A program made the position numbers and the translations under genes. 64,000 nt of DNA, from contig JBKKBZ010000047.1 in NCBI GenBank assembly GCA_046713235.1, forward strand, positions 1,828-65,827. Direction: 5' to 3'. Below are positions 18,016 through 27,762 of the stretch, in pieces. The notes beneath the pieces are model-generated. The model worked only from the letters and a program-made list of their open reading frames with translations. It was not told the DNA's origin and did no database searches. How positions within the stretch are numbered: position 1 is the stretch's first letter; the number at the start of each line of letters is the position of its first letter. Origin of the DNA: Actinomycetota bacterium. GTDB taxonomy: Bacteria > Actinomycetota > AC-67.

Positions 18016-21000
18016 ATGGCGCAACCCAGAAGGGTAGGAGTCATGCGCGACAAGAGAAGCTTTGCAAGCCGGCTCGCCGGGCGAGCCCTCGTCTTGGTGT
18101 TCGCTTTCGCCCTTCTCGGCGGCAAGCCGGCCTCCGCAGTTCTTATCGGCGACAGCTGCGCAGGAGTCGGCAGCGATGCCGCCGACACGCAGGCCAGCGC
18201 CACCCCCCTTCAGCAACCCGCTACGGTGTCCGGATCCTTCTGTGAGGGCGATTTCGCATCAGACACAGTGGACTGGTACAGCCTCACGCTGACCGCGCCC
18301 GGAACGTTGCGGGTGACCTTCACCCATGGGGGCACTAACGCAAAGCTCTATTCCCCTACCGGCACATCGATCGCCGCACCGGTCGGGGATCCGAAGCAAT
18401 GGGCGCTCCGCGCACCGGCGGGCCGGTGGACCCTTCAAGTCACCGGCGGAGGCATCAACGAGTACGGCTTCGCCTATGCCTACACGCAACAAAGCGACTG
18501 CAACGGCACCGGCGGCACCGACACTACGCCCCGGGATGCCGGTAACACGTCGGCGACGGCTTCGGAGATTTCGATCTCCACCACCCCCACCTGTTCCGGA
18601 CGAATCTGGGCTGCTCCGGCATCAACTCTCCCGGCGACAGACCCGCACGACTGGTACCTCGTGACTGTGACGGCAGGCTCAACGCTTCGCGTCGAACTAG
18701 CCGCAACCGTCGATTACACCGACGGCTGTGGAACGAACTGCGGCGGGATCGACAGTACTTACGCCGTCGAGATCCGCACGAAGGCTGGCACGCTGGTGGG
18801 CACCCGCTCAACAGGAAAGTATCCCGCCCAGACCGCACGAGCCGAATACCCCGTGACACAGACGGGGGACTACCTCGTTCACGTGTTCTCTACCACAGCC
18901 CCCACCGGAGACTGGATCTACAGCATGACCATCACGGCGCCCACGGTGCCGAGCGTGGGCTTGGGCAGCGTTGTCAAGGACTGCGAGGCGGCTAGTGGGG
19001 ATGCCGGAAACACGTCGGCCGCCGCGACCGCTTTCCCCGAGCAATTCGGCGAGCACTCTTGCACCGGGACCCTCGGACTGAACCCACCGACAGACCTCGA
19101 CGACTGGTACTCGTTCAGGATCAACCAAGCTGCGCCCGTCATAAATATCGTGGGCGTAGCAGACGGGACTCTTGCCTTCGCCATGTCCGTCTACGAGCCG
19201 GGTGCCACCGTGGCGAAGAAGAGCGTCGCGGTAACGGGAACGGCGCCGGGCACGATGAACGTGCCGGGTACCAAGCTCGGGCTCTGGAAGCTGCAACTCC
19301 ACAGGACGAGCGCCGCCGGTGGAGCCTGGGCCACTTTCGTGGACAAGCTCGCCGGACTCGGCTTACCCCCCTCGGGGATTCCGACGGTGTCGCCCGTGAT
19401 CACCGACTGCGCCCAGTCGGGAGACGCAGGCAACACCCTGGCTAGTCCCAGGCCGTTGCAGCTTGTGTTCAACCAGGGCACCGCATGTGCGGGAACGCTC
19501 GGCACTCCGGCGACCGACATCGACGACTTCTACTCTTTCGCCGCTGCCCAGGGTGCCGGCCTTCGCATCGTCGCGGTCGGCGACGCAGCCCTTGACGTGT
19601 CGGTGTCTGTGTACGAGCCCGGCGCGACCGTCCCGAAGAAGACACGGGCGCAGAGCGGAGCTACGCCCGAGATCATCAACATCCAGGTCTCCAAGACCGG
19701 CACATGGAAGATGCAGATCCGCCGGGCATCCGGCGCAGGCAACTACCTCTTCTACATCGATGTCGTCAACGTCAGCACCCACCAGGTCGGCGACATTCCG
19801 CCGTCGGGGGTTCCGACGGTGCCGGCGGTGAGTGTTAAGGACTGCAACCTGCCGGCAGACGACGCCGGAAACACGAACGCAACCGCCAGCGCGGCTCCCG
19901 CCTATCTGGGGGACTACGCCTGCGTCGGCAGCCTCGGCCAGACGCCGACGACCGATGCCGACGACTGGTACAAGTTCGACGTCACAACCCAAGGCTTCCG
20001 GCTGGTCGCCTCCGGCAACGGCGTCCTGGACTTCTCGGTATCGGTTTACGCCCCGGGTGCCACGGTACCCACGAAGGTCAGCAACCAGAGCAGCCTGAAC
20101 CCCGAGGTCATCAACATCGCCGTGCCACCTACGCGGAACGGCACCTGGAGGGTGCAGCTTCACAGGATGAGCGGAGCCGGCAACTACGCGATGCTCATCG
20201 ACACCCTCGCCGGCAACACCTCGAGCATTCCCCCCTCGGGGATCCCGACGGTGAATCCGACGGTTCCGCCGGTCCCGCCGGTCCTCGGCAACGCCGACCA
20301 GTGCAAGGGCAGCGGAGACGCAGGCAACACCAGCACGACTCCGCATCCGATCAGCGCCACGACGGCCTGCTACGGCAACCTCGGCGCACCGGCAACCGAC
20401 ACACAGGACTGGTACTCGTTCCCGGCCGCGGCCGGAATGGACATCCGTGTCGTGGTGGGAGGCGAGCCGCAGATCGACGTCAACCTTGCGCTCGTGTCGC
20501 CGGCCGGCAACGTCTTCACGTCCACGAACTCGGCCCCGCAGCTCGACACCTTGATCGTCAAGGCCACGGTCGGCGGCACGTGGAAAGTCCAGCTCATCCG
20601 CGCCAACGCCGGCGCGGGCCACTACCTGCTCACGCTCGACGCCAGGCGGTCGCTCGTGCCGAGCGGCATTCCGTCCGTCACTCCCACGCTGCCGACCCTC
20701 GGCGGAGACTGCCAGAAGCCCGGTGACGCACCCAACTCGTACGGGGAGGCCCGGCTCATCCCGTCGGACGGCGCATGCCACGGGGCGAGCGCCGCCATCA
20801 CCGACATGGATGACTACTACAAGTTCTACGGCCAGGCCGGGCTGCGGCTACTTGTCGAGTACCAGGGCAACTACACGATCGACAACGACCTCTACATATA
20901 CGAGCCCGACGTCAACCGCGTGTACGACAGCGAGTCCTCCGGCTTCTCGCCCGAAGGCGCTCACATGATCCTGCGCGAGACTGGTGAGTACCGGCTGCGG

Positions 21001-21057
21001 CTGGTTGCTCGCGCGGGCTCGGGCGACTACGCCTTCTCGATCTACGTCGGCTTCTAA
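18016..21057 (+). CDS. secreted protein composed solely of seven tandem PPC-like (pre-peptidase C-terminal) domains
   Basis: Signal peptide RALVLVFAFALLGGKPASA, then repeats with the pattern DC..(S)GDAGNT..A....C.G.LG...TD.DDWY.F......(L)R(I)V...G...(L)D.S(V)SVY.PGATV....G.W..Q..R.SGAGNY. No catalytic domain is visible. Start at 18016 or 18043. Confidence 0.8.
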   Translation: MAQPRRVGVMRDKRSFASRLAGRALVLVFAFALLGGKPASAVLIGDSCAGVGSDAADTQASATPLQQPATVSGSFCEGDFASDTVDWYSLTLTAPGTLRVTFTHGGTNAKLYSPTGTSIAAPVGDPKQWALRAPAGRWTLQVTGGGINEYGFAYAYTQQSDCNGTGGTDTTPRDAGNTSATASEISISTTPTCSGRIWAAPASTLPATDPHDWYLVTVTAGSTLRVELAATVDYTDGCGTNCGGIDSTYAVEIRTKAGTLVGTRSTGKYPAQTARAEYPVTQTGDYLVHVFSTTAPTGDWIYSMTITAPTVPSVGLGSVVKDCEAASGDAGNTSAAATAFPEQFGEHSCTGTLGLNPPTDLDDWYSFRINQAAPVINIVGVADGTLAFAMSVYEPGATVAKKSVAVTGTAPGTMNVPGTKLGLWKLQLHRTSAAGGAWATFVDKLAGLGLPPSGIPTVSPVITDCAQSGDAGNTLASPRPLQLVFNQGTACAGTLGTPATDIDDFYSFAAAQGAGLRIVAVGDAALDVSVSVYEPGATVPKKTRAQSGATPEIINIQVSKTGTWKMQIRRASGAGNYLFYIDVVNVSTHQVGDIPPSGVPTVPAVSVKDCNLPADDAGNTNATASAAPAYLGDYACVGSLGQTPTTDADDWYKFDVTTQGFRLVASGNGVLDFSVSVYAPGATVPTKVSNQSSLNPEVINIAVPPTRNGTWRVQLHRMSGAGNYAMLIDTLAGNTSSIPPSGIPTVNPTVPPVPPVLGNADQCKGSGDAGNTSTTPHPISATTACYGNLGAPATDTQDWYSFPAAAGMDIRVVVGGEPQIDVNLALVSPAGNVFTSTNSAPQLDTLIVKATVGGTWKVQLIRANAGAGHYLLTLDARRSLVPSGIPSVTPTLPTLGGDCQKPGDAPNSYGEARLIPSDGACHGASAAITDMDDYYKFYGQAGLRLLVEYQGNYTIDNDLYIYEPDVNRVYDSESSGFSPEGAHMILRETGEYRLRLVARAGSGDYAFSIYVGF
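18151..21054 (+). repeat. seven coding tandem repeats (about 350-485 nt each) of the PPC-like unit
   Basis: Unit starts (D/Q-C codons, all in frame) are at 18151, 18496, 18979, 19405, 19840, 20299 and 20707. Units 3-6 are the most similar; units 1, 2 and 7 are more divergent. Confidence 0.75.
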
Positions 21058-21110
21058 CGGGGACACCTGCGACTCGGGCCATCCCCCGGGCCGCAGGTCG
21101 CCCCCTCGGT

Positions 21111-21641
21111 CTACCGGCAGCTGTACGGGAACGGCTGAGCTTCGGTCATCCCGTCGGCGTCGGTTGCGCGCAGCACCCAGGTTCCGGAGCCGCCCTCCGC
21201 GGCCTTCCCACTCGACCGTCCGGCATATGAGCGCATCGGGTACGTCGGAGCCGGCGTGAGCTGCGCCGGCGCCCCGTCGAGCAAGAGCTCGAGGCGCACG
21301 ATCGGGCGCTGGGCGGAAGCAGCAACTTGAAGATCGATCAGCGCCGTACTGCCGGCGCAAGAGGCCGCTGCGTCGAGCACGAATGGGGGGCCCTTTGGCG
21401 AAGGTGACGGCAACGGCGAGAGGCTCGGGACGGCAGAGGCCGCCGCCGACGGGGCTGGGCTGGAGGAGGCCAAAGCCGGCGTCGGGGAAGGCGTTGGCGA
21501 GACCGTCGCGGCAGGCAGTGGCCGGCGATCCGTCGTCTCGCCGCTGCGGCCCTGCACGAGGGCGATCACGACCGCGGCAAGGGTCAGCAGGAAGACGAGC
21601 GCCCGCCGGCGCCTCGCGACCATGAGCTCCCTCGATCCCAT
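21111..21641 (-). CDS. membrane-anchored hypothetical protein (N-terminal TM, Pro/Ser linker, C-terminal beta-rich domain with 2 Cys)
   Basis: RRRRALVFLLTLAAVVIALV anchor, SPTPSPTP linker, no recognised domain. Divergent from the PBP4 gene. Confidence 0.5.
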   Translation of the reverse strand: MGSRELMVARRRRALVFLLTLAAVVIALVQGRSGETTDRRPLPAATVSPTPSPTPALASSSPAPSAAASAVPSLSPLPSPSPKGPPFVLDAAASCAGSTALIDLQVAASAQRPIVRLELLLDGAPAQLTPAPTYPMRSYAGRSSGKAAEGGSGTWVLRATDADGMTEAQPFPYSCR

Positions 21642-21723
21642 CTACGGCAAGGATAGGCGGCGTCGGCGCCTCGCCACCGGAACGCCGAATCAGCCTTCCC
21701 GAGGAGCGGCTCCGACCCGTACC

Positions 21724-23079
21724 ATGAGGGACCCCATGAGAAGGTTCCCGACACTCCTCGTGTCCGCCGCGCTGTCGGTCGCGTCGGTGCCCGCGGCGTC
21801 GCCTACCGCCGAGGCGCGGGTCCCGGAGAAGACGCCCAAAAGGCTCCTAGAGGCGACCGTCCGCCGCACGATAACCGGCAGCGCCGCCAAGGCGGCTACC
21901 CCCGGAGTGATGGTGGTACGGGGCGGCCGGACCCTCCTGGACATCAACGCAAGCACCCCGCTCGCACCGGCGTCGCTGCTGAAGCTGGCGATCACGCTCG
22001 TCGCGATGGAGAAGCTCGGCCCGGACCACCGTTTCGCCACGAAAGCGGCCGGCGCAAGGCCCGTGGCCGGCGTGGTGGCCGGATCGCTCGCGCTCATCGG
22101 GGGCGGCGACCCCACCCTAGCCACCGCCGCCTACCGGGCCGAACGGTTCATCGGAAAGCCAAAGCCCGACGACCCTCACCCGATTCCCGCTTTCGCCGGG
22201 GGCTCCCCGACGATCGAGGACCTGGCCGAGGGGATCCGGGCCGCCGGGGTGGTGCGCGTGACCGGGAATCTCGTGGTAGACGACTTCCTCTTCGACGACC
22301 GGCGCACCCAGCCCGGCTGGATTCCCGACTACATCGGCCGGGACCCCGAGGTGGGCTACCTCCACGCTCTGACGATCAACGAGGGGTTCTCCGATCCCGA
22401 GGCCAAGGGACTCCTGCGCGATCCCGCACTCACCGCCGGTGACGCACTGCGTTCGGCGTTGCGATCACGCGGCGTCACCGTCGCCGGCCGGGTGGTGCGC
22501 GGCGCGGCCTCCAAGACCGCCCCAGTGATCGCCTCAGTCGAGTCGCCCCGGCTCCGCGAGATCATCTTCTACATCAACAAGTGGAGCGTGAACCTTCCGG
22601 CGGAGCTGCTGCTCAAGCAGCTCGGCGCCTCGTTCGGCGGCGCCGGAACCACGGTGGCCGGGGCGGCGGTCGTCAAGCGCGCGCTCGCCGAGCACGAGAT
22701 CCCGACCGCAGGAATCGTGCTGGCCGACGGCTCAGGGCTGTCGCTGAGCAACCGGATGCCGCCGGCGACAATCGCCGCCATTCTCGACCGCATCCTCACC
22801 CTGCCGGGAGCCGGAGGAGAGGCGTTGCGCACGTCGCTGCCCGTGGCCGGAGGTCCCGGCACGCTTTTCAAGCGGATGCGCAACACGCCGGCAGCGGGAA
22901 ACCTGCGCGGGAAGACCGGAACGATTCGACGCGTCCGAGCGCTCGCCGGCTGGGTGACTCCGCTCGACGGCGTCCCGGTCGTGTACGTGCTGGTCTTCAA
23001 CGACGTATCGCGCCCGTCTCTGCTGACCTCGCCGCTGGACCTCCTCGGCATATCGTTGACGCGATACCCGTCGCCCTGA
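21724..23079 (+). CDS. dacB: D-alanyl-D-alanine carboxypeptidase/endopeptidase (PBP4, peptidase S13)
   Basis: SxxK (ASLLKL), SxN (DGSGLSLSNRM) and KTG (GKTGTI) boxes are in the right order, with signal peptide RRFPTLLVSAALSVASVPAAS. Start at ATG 21724 or 21736. Confidence 0.88.
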   Translation: MRDPMRRFPTLLVSAALSVASVPAASPTAEARVPEKTPKRLLEATVRRTITGSAAKAATPGVMVVRGGRTLLDINASTPLAPASLLKLAITLVAMEKLGPDHRFATKAAGARPVAGVVAGSLALIGGGDPTLATAAYRAERFIGKPKPDDPHPIPAFAGGSPTIEDLAEGIRAAGVVRVTGNLVVDDFLFDDRRTQPGWIPDYIGRDPEVGYLHALTINEGFSDPEAKGLLRDPALTAGDALRSALRSRGVTVAGRVVRGAASKTAPVIASVESPRLREIIFYINKWSVNLPAELLLKQLGASFGGAGTTVAGAAVVKRALAEHEIPTAGIVLADGSGLSLSNRMPPATIAAILDRILTLPGAGGEALRTSLPVAGGPGTLFKRMRNTPAAGNLRGKTGTIRRVRALAGWVTPLDGVPVVYVLVFNDVSRPSLLTSPLDLLGISLTRYPSP

Positions 23080-23081
23080 GA

Positions 23082-23124
23082 CACACGGCCGGAGGGCCCG
23101 CAGATGCGAGCCCTCCGTGGTGTG
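23082..23124. terminator. hairpin between convergent genes (likely bidirectional terminator)
   Basis: CGGAGGGC (23090-23097) pairs with GCCCTCCG (23110-23117), extended by CACAC/GTGTG. It lies between stops at 23079 (+) and 23132 (-). No clear U-tract. Confidence 0.5.
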
Positions 23125-23131
23125 AAACCCG

Positions 23132-25234
23132 TCAGGACCTAACGCGGACCTTCGCTGATCGCCGTGCGCTCAGCACGAACCCGAACACGACTGCGCTCAT
23201 CGCCAAAGCCGCCGGCAGCCACGGGCTGCGACGCGCCGGAAGCGGCGAGCGGCTCGCACGCGCCGGTTCTACGGCGAGGACCGGCCGGACGGCCGGAGCA
23301 GCCTCGGACTTCGCGGCGAGAGCCGGAGCGTCGGTGGTGTCGAGCTGGGCCTGCGCCGGGATGATGCCGGCCGACGAGCCGCCGAAAGTGGCGTTGTTAC
23401 CGACCCGCACATTCCACGCGATCGACGGCGTTGGGCCGGACCCGTTGTCGCGAGTGACGAACAGGTAGTACCAACCCGGAGGCGTTACCCCGCGCTGGCT
23501 CGGAATCTTTACCTTGATCGACCCCGCCGAGGCCGAAACGATCTTCAGCTCGACCGAGCGCATGTCGGCGTCGGTGATGTGCGTAGTCGACGGCATGTGG
23601 ACCAGCACCGCCTTGCTGATGCCCGTGCCCAACGTGCCGGCACCCATAGTGATCGTCTGAGTCGTCCCCCACCGAAGGTTGCCGTTGACCCCGCCGATCT
23701 TCGGGCGCGGGCCGCGGAACAGGTAAGGAGGACTGTAAATCTCGAACGAGGGATCCTTGAGGTTGTTGGCGACGGCGCCGCCGCTCGCGTTGGTGTAGGT
23801 GTTGTCGTTGCCCGGTCCGTAGCCGGAGTTAATCGGCGAGTGCCCCCCGACGAGGATGCGGCCGTCGGCCATGAGCACCGCGCTGTTGTGGTAGGTCCGG
23901 TCGCGGCCGGACGAGGCGAGCGCCTTCCAGGTGTTGGTCGCCGGGTCGTAGGACTCGACGAGCCGGACCGCCGACTCGCTGTTCGGCATGATCACCTCGT
24001 CTTTGTCGGACCCGTTGAAAAGGAAGACCTCACCGGTGGGTCCGATCACGCTGCTGGAGTACCAGCGCGGCTTGTTGAGCAGCGGGCCGGCCTTGGCGGT
24101 GATCTTCCCGGTGTTGTCCACCTCAACGATCTCGCTGAGCGGCGTCGCCGCGTAGGCACCCGGCGACGTCAGCAGCGTGCCGCCGGCGTGGAGGACGCGC
24201 GTCTTCGAGTATGCCCCGCTCGCGTCGGGAACGAAGGGCAGCAGCACCGACGCCGCACCGTTGATGGCGCCGTAGGTGCCGATGCCCGCGTCGCTCCAGG
24301 TCTTCGTCGCCGGGTCGTAGAAGCGCATCACGTTCCAGAGCGCCTCGTCCAGCGCCTGGCCGAACGGCCCCCACATCTGACCCACGCCGTCGTAGAGGAC
24401 CTTGCCGGTGTGGGCCAGGTGCAGCCGGGCGAACAGCGGCAGCGTGGTCTCGCCACCGGGTCCGTTCTCCGACCACGTGCCGTTCTTCGGGTCGTAGGCA
24501 CCGCCGACGTACGGGTTGAACGTCTCGGACTGCTTCACGTTGAAACCGGTCGTGTTGTAGAGGAGGCGCCCCACCCCGCCCGCGACGAACAGCTTGCCGT
24601 CGGGAAGCGTGACCAGCGTCGGGTACCACCGGCCGTAAGCCATGGAGTCCGCTTGGGTCCACGTGCCGCCGGAGGCGTCTGGCGTGTAGACGCGAGCGGC
24701 CGGGTTTCCGAACAGCTCCGCCGTGCCGCCCGGGCCGCCGGGACCGGTGTGAGGCGACAGGTCCACGGGGTCGGACTTCCAGATGGTTCCGCCGGCCGCG
24801 AGCACGTCGCCGTTCAAGAGAATGCGCTGGTCGGCGCAGAACAAATCGCCGCCCCCGCCGTCCTCCGGCGTGGGAACCTTCGGGTGCTCCCTGTCCGACA
24901 GATCGAGCAGCCGGGTACGGCTGTTCTTCGCAACGCGCGCGGCGTCGATGGCGAGCGGGAAGGCAGCCGTCTCGAGGTTCTCGAGGCCGGTCCAGTAGAG
25001 GAACTTCCCGTTCGGCAGCGCCACGCTGCTCACCGCCGGCGGGTACTTGACCGAGTCGGCGACGGTCCCCGGCGGCGCGGCGTTGAACTCGCCGTTCTCC
25101 GAGAACGGAGCCGAGAACTGCCCGACGTCGGCCGGGCCGACGGCCACGGCTGGGCCGACACCGCCGACGAAAAGCGTCACCCCAACGAGACCGATCACCG
25201 CGACGATTGACAGTGCTGTTCGGATCCTATGCAT
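23132..25234 (-). CDS. copper radical oxidase (galactose/glyoxal oxidase-like, AA5; kelch propeller + DUF1929 domain)
   Basis: All galactose-oxidase active-site equivalents are present: LFCADQRILLNGDVLAAGG (Cys), RWYPTLVTLPDGKLFVAGG (cross-linked Tyr), DRTYHNSAVLMADGRILVGG (Tyr-His), STTHITDADMR (His). The C-terminal PPGWYYLFVTRDNGSGPTPS block is also there. N-terminal signal/TM plus a C-terminal TM. Strong RBS GGAGG. Confidence 0.85.
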   Translation of the reverse strand: MHRIRTALSIVAVIGLVGVTLFVGGVGPAVAVGPADVGQFSAPFSENGEFNAAPPGTVADSVKYPPAVSSVALPNGKFLYWTGLENLETAAFPLAIDAARVAKNSRTRLLDLSDREHPKVPTPEDGGGGDLFCADQRILLNGDVLAAGGTIWKSDPVDLSPHTGPGGPGGTAELFGNPAARVYTPDASGGTWTQADSMAYGRWYPTLVTLPDGKLFVAGGVGRLLYNTTGFNVKQSETFNPYVGGAYDPKNGTWSENGPGGETTLPLFARLHLAHTGKVLYDGVGQMWGPFGQALDEALWNVMRFYDPATKTWSDAGIGTYGAINGAASVLLPFVPDASGAYSKTRVLHAGGTLLTSPGAYAATPLSEIVEVDNTGKITAKAGPLLNKPRWYSSSVIGPTGEVFLFNGSDKDEVIMPNSESAVRLVESYDPATNTWKALASSGRDRTYHNSAVLMADGRILVGGHSPINSGYGPGNDNTYTNASGGAVANNLKDPSFEIYSPPYLFRGPRPKIGGVNGNLRWGTTQTITMGAGTLGTGISKAVLVHMPSTTHITDADMRSVELKIVSASAGSIKVKIPSQRGVTPPGWYYLFVTRDNGSGPTPSIAWNVRVGNNATFGGSSAGIIPAQAQLDTTDAPALAAKSEAAPAVRPVLAVEPARASRSPLPARRSPWLPAALAMSAVVFGFVLSARRSAKVRVRS

Positions 25235-25343
25235 GCCCCCTCCTCACGAGACTCCGGATGCGTAGAAGATCTGGCCAAGCATACGAAGATTCGGCGCGAA
25301 CACGTACGAATCCTTCCTCGCGCGGCTGCGATACTCTCTCGGG

Positions 25344-26483
25344 ATGATCCAGTCCTCCATCTCCCCCCGGCTGGCAACAGCCGCCCTTTGCGCGTTGCTC
25401 CTGGCATCGCCCCCTGCCGGGTCCCACCAGGTCTCCGACCCGCATCTCCACGCCCGGTTCGACGGGATCGCGCCGGACCTCCCCCAGGTGAAGGTCGAGG
25501 TGCGTAACCAGCCCCCTTCGCCCCCGATGATCGTGCTCAGCAACGCCTCACAGAACGTCGTCGAGATCACCGGAACCGGCGGGGAGCCGATGGTGCGGAT
25601 CGGCCCGAAAGGCGTGGAGGTCAACCGCACCTCACGCACCTTTTATCTGTCCCAGGATGCGATCGGGGAAGGGGGCTTTCCTCCCAGCGCCCGCCCCGGA
25701 GCGGCTCCGGTCTGGGCGACGGTCACCACACGGCCCGAGTGGCGCTGGTTCGAGCGACGGATCGCCGCCGCCGGCCACAAGGTGGCGCCGGAGGTCCTTG
25801 CGAGCGCCAAACGGCCGGTCGATCTCGGTAGCTGGTCCATCCCCGGAAGGGTCGGCGACGCGGTGTTCCACATCGAGGGCAAGCTGTTCTGGCGTCCGAT
25901 TCTCGGCAGCATCCGGTCCCGCGTTTCGGCCGTGCAACCGAAGATCACGGGACTGGAGGTGCGCCTCCTTCCCGGGGCCGTCCCGGGAATGTTCGTCGCC
26001 AACCGCACCGACAAGACCTTGGAGATCTCGGGCCGGGACGGGATGGCCTTCGCTCGCATCGGCCCGTCGGGAGTCGAGATCAACGAGAACTCACCCACTT
26101 GGCGGGATACCAAGAACCAACCTCCGGCCAAGTCGGCGGAGCCCTCTTGGAAGAAGCAGCAGGAAACCCCGCTGCTGAGCTGGCTCGAACGCAGAGCCGC
26201 CTTTGAGTCCGACGACCCCCCAGAGATCGTCGAACAATCCGGCAGGCGGCTTGTGCTCGTGACCTGGACCATCGGCGCCTCCCTCGACAGGGCACCGCTG
26301 CGGATTCGCGGCGTGACCGAGTGGGTGCCCATCGGCAAGGCTACGAGCGAGGGTCGCCCGTGGCTGCCTCTTGCCGGGGGCGCAGGCGGACTTGCCGTCC
26401 TTGCCGCCGGGATCATCTTTGCTCTCCGCCGGTCGGGGCGGCATCGACCCCACGCGGCCGCCCCCCCACGCCGCAAACGGTGA
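25344..26483 (+). CDS. exported two-repeat hypothetical protein with His-rich N-terminus and C-terminal TM anchor
   Basis: Signal peptide, then SHQVSDPHLHA. Internal duplication: VVEITGTGGEPMVRIGPKGVEVNRTSRTF / TLEISGRDGMAFARIGPSGVEINENSPTW, and WRWFERR / LSWLERR. C-terminal LAGGAGGLAVLAAGIIFAL followed by a basic tail. Confidence 0.6.
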   Translation: MIQSSISPRLATAALCALLLASPPAGSHQVSDPHLHARFDGIAPDLPQVKVEVRNQPPSPPMIVLSNASQNVVEITGTGGEPMVRIGPKGVEVNRTSRTFYLSQDAIGEGGFPPSARPGAAPVWATVTTRPEWRWFERRIAAAGHKVAPEVLASAKRPVDLGSWSIPGRVGDAVFHIEGKLFWRPILGSIRSRVSAVQPKITGLEVRLLPGAVPGMFVANRTDKTLEISGRDGMAFARIGPSGVEINENSPTWRDTKNQPPAKSAEPSWKKQQETPLLSWLERRAAFESDDPPEIVEQSGRRLVLVTWTIGASLDRAPLRIRGVTEWVPIGKATSEGRPWLPLAGGAGGLAVLAAGIIFALRRSGRHRPHAAAPPRRKR

Positions 26484-27256
26484 CCGCCTCGGTGGTCGCC
26501 ATCCGGCCGGGGTCGCTCGTGCTCGAAGGGCGGCTCGTGGTGCCGGAGTCGCCCCGGGCCCTCCTGGTGCTGCTCCACGGGATTCCCGGCGGCCGGACGC
26601 CCGACCCGACAGACCCCGGCTACGGCGGCCTTGCCGACACCTTCGTCGAGCAGGGCTTCGCGGCTCTGCATTTCGACTTCCGGGGGATCCGCGGAGCGCC
26701 CGGGGAATTCTCCTTTCGGGGCTGGGTAGAGGACGCCGAGGCGGCGCTGACCGCAGTGGAGGCCGACCGCAGGCTCTCCGGTCTCAAGCGGATCGTGGTC
26801 GGATCCTCGGCCGGCGGCGCCGTGGGAATCGTGGCGGCCTCCGGCAGGCCCGACGTCGCGGCTGTTGCAACCCTGGCCGCGCCGGCGTCGTTCGAGGGTA
26901 TGGCGACCGGGCCGGAATCGGCGATAGCCCGCCTGCGAAACACCGGGCTGCTGCACGACCCCGCCTATCCCCCGGACCCGGCCGCCTGGTTCCGAGAGTT
27001 CTCCGATGGAGCCGCCGAGCGCTGGGTCGGCTTGCTTGCGCCCCGGCCCCTGCTGCTCGTCCACGGGGAGGAGGACGACGTTGTCGCTTATCCCCATGCC
27101 GAGCGCCTGTTCGCCGCGGCTGGAGAGCCCAAGGAGCTAGTCCGGATCCCTCGCGGCCGGCACCAACTGCGCCGGGACCCCCGGGCGGTCGAGGCGGTCC
27201 TCGACTGGCTCGACCGGCACGAACTGCCACCCATTCTGCCGGTTCGCCCGGAGTGA
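26480..27256 (+). CDS. alpha/beta hydrolase
   Basis: LLVLLHGIPGG, nucleophile elbow VVGSSAGG, LLVHGEEDDVV and RGRHQL (Ser-Asp-His). GTG at 26480 overlaps the upstream stop (GTGA). Confidence 0.8.
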   Translation: MTASVVAIRPGSLVLEGRLVVPESPRALLVLLHGIPGGRTPDPTDPGYGGLADTFVEQGFAALHFDFRGIRGAPGEFSFRGWVEDAEAALTAVEADRRLSGLKRIVVGSSAGGAVGIVAASGRPDVAAVATLAAPASFEGMATGPESAIARLRNTGLLHDPAYPPDPAAWFREFSDGAAERWVGLLAPRPLLLVHGEEDDVVAYPHAERLFAAAGEPKELVRIPRGRHQLRRDPRAVEAVLDWLDRHELPPILPVRPE

Positions 27257-27358
27257 TCGGGTCACTACTCACGGCGAGCGTTCAAGGTGCGCCGACCGGC
27301 CGCCGATAGTGAGTTTAGAGCGGCCTCTGGGGAGGCCAAAAGGCAGGGGGTCGGATAC

Positions 27359-27580
27359 GTGGAAGAGTTGCGGACACCGTGCGCTCATCGCGGCACCGAT
27401 GCCGTGATCGCGAGCACGATCGATACCTCTCCTGCGGGGGACCTCGACATCTGCATCTGCCGCGTGTGCCGGCGCTTCTGGCTCGAGCGGAACGGCTGGC
27501 TGCTGAGCCGCCGCGAAGCTGCCGCCGTCGTTCGGGCATGGCCTTTGGGAGACCAACTCCGCCAGACGACCGCTCGCTAA
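27359..27580 (+). CDS. possible small Cys-rich protein (73 aa)
   Basis: GTG at 27359 with AGGGGG 8 nt upstream. Contains C-x23-C-x-C-x2-C. No homology recognised. Confidence 0.3.
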   Translation: MEELRTPCAHRGTDAVIASTIDTSPAGDLDICICRVCRRFWLERNGWLLSRREAAAVVRAWPLGDQLRQTTAR

Positions 27581-27762
27581 AGACTGACCCCCGCATCGGC
27601 GCCAGCACCCCTTCGGCGCCGTTCGGGCGCTTGCCGACCCCGTCCGGCAGGTTCCCCGCGGGGGTCATTCTTTATCCGACCCGATTCTCGTACGATCCCA
27701 CGCTCGCCGGCGAACGCCACTTCGTACGAGTACCACGATCCCGGGCGCTGGGGCTCACTCGC

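Noticed and set aside
19363-20781. 472-aa minus-strand ORF inside the PPC-repeat gene
   Set aside because: It is antisense to a strongly periodic coding repeat. Arg/Gly-rich junk translation.
21058-21110. Possible terminator hairpin after the PPC-repeat gene
   Set aside because: The GCGAC...GTCGC arms pair only imperfectly, with several mismatches and no U-tract. This is not convincing.
23579-25210. 543-aa plus-strand ORF
   Set aside because: It is antisense to the copper radical oxidase, whose active-site motifs are all in the minus frame.
25643-27097. 484-aa minus-strand ORF
   Set aside because: It is antisense to two plus-strand genes, one of which has alpha/beta hydrolase motifs. Low-complexity Arg/Pro/Gly-rich product.
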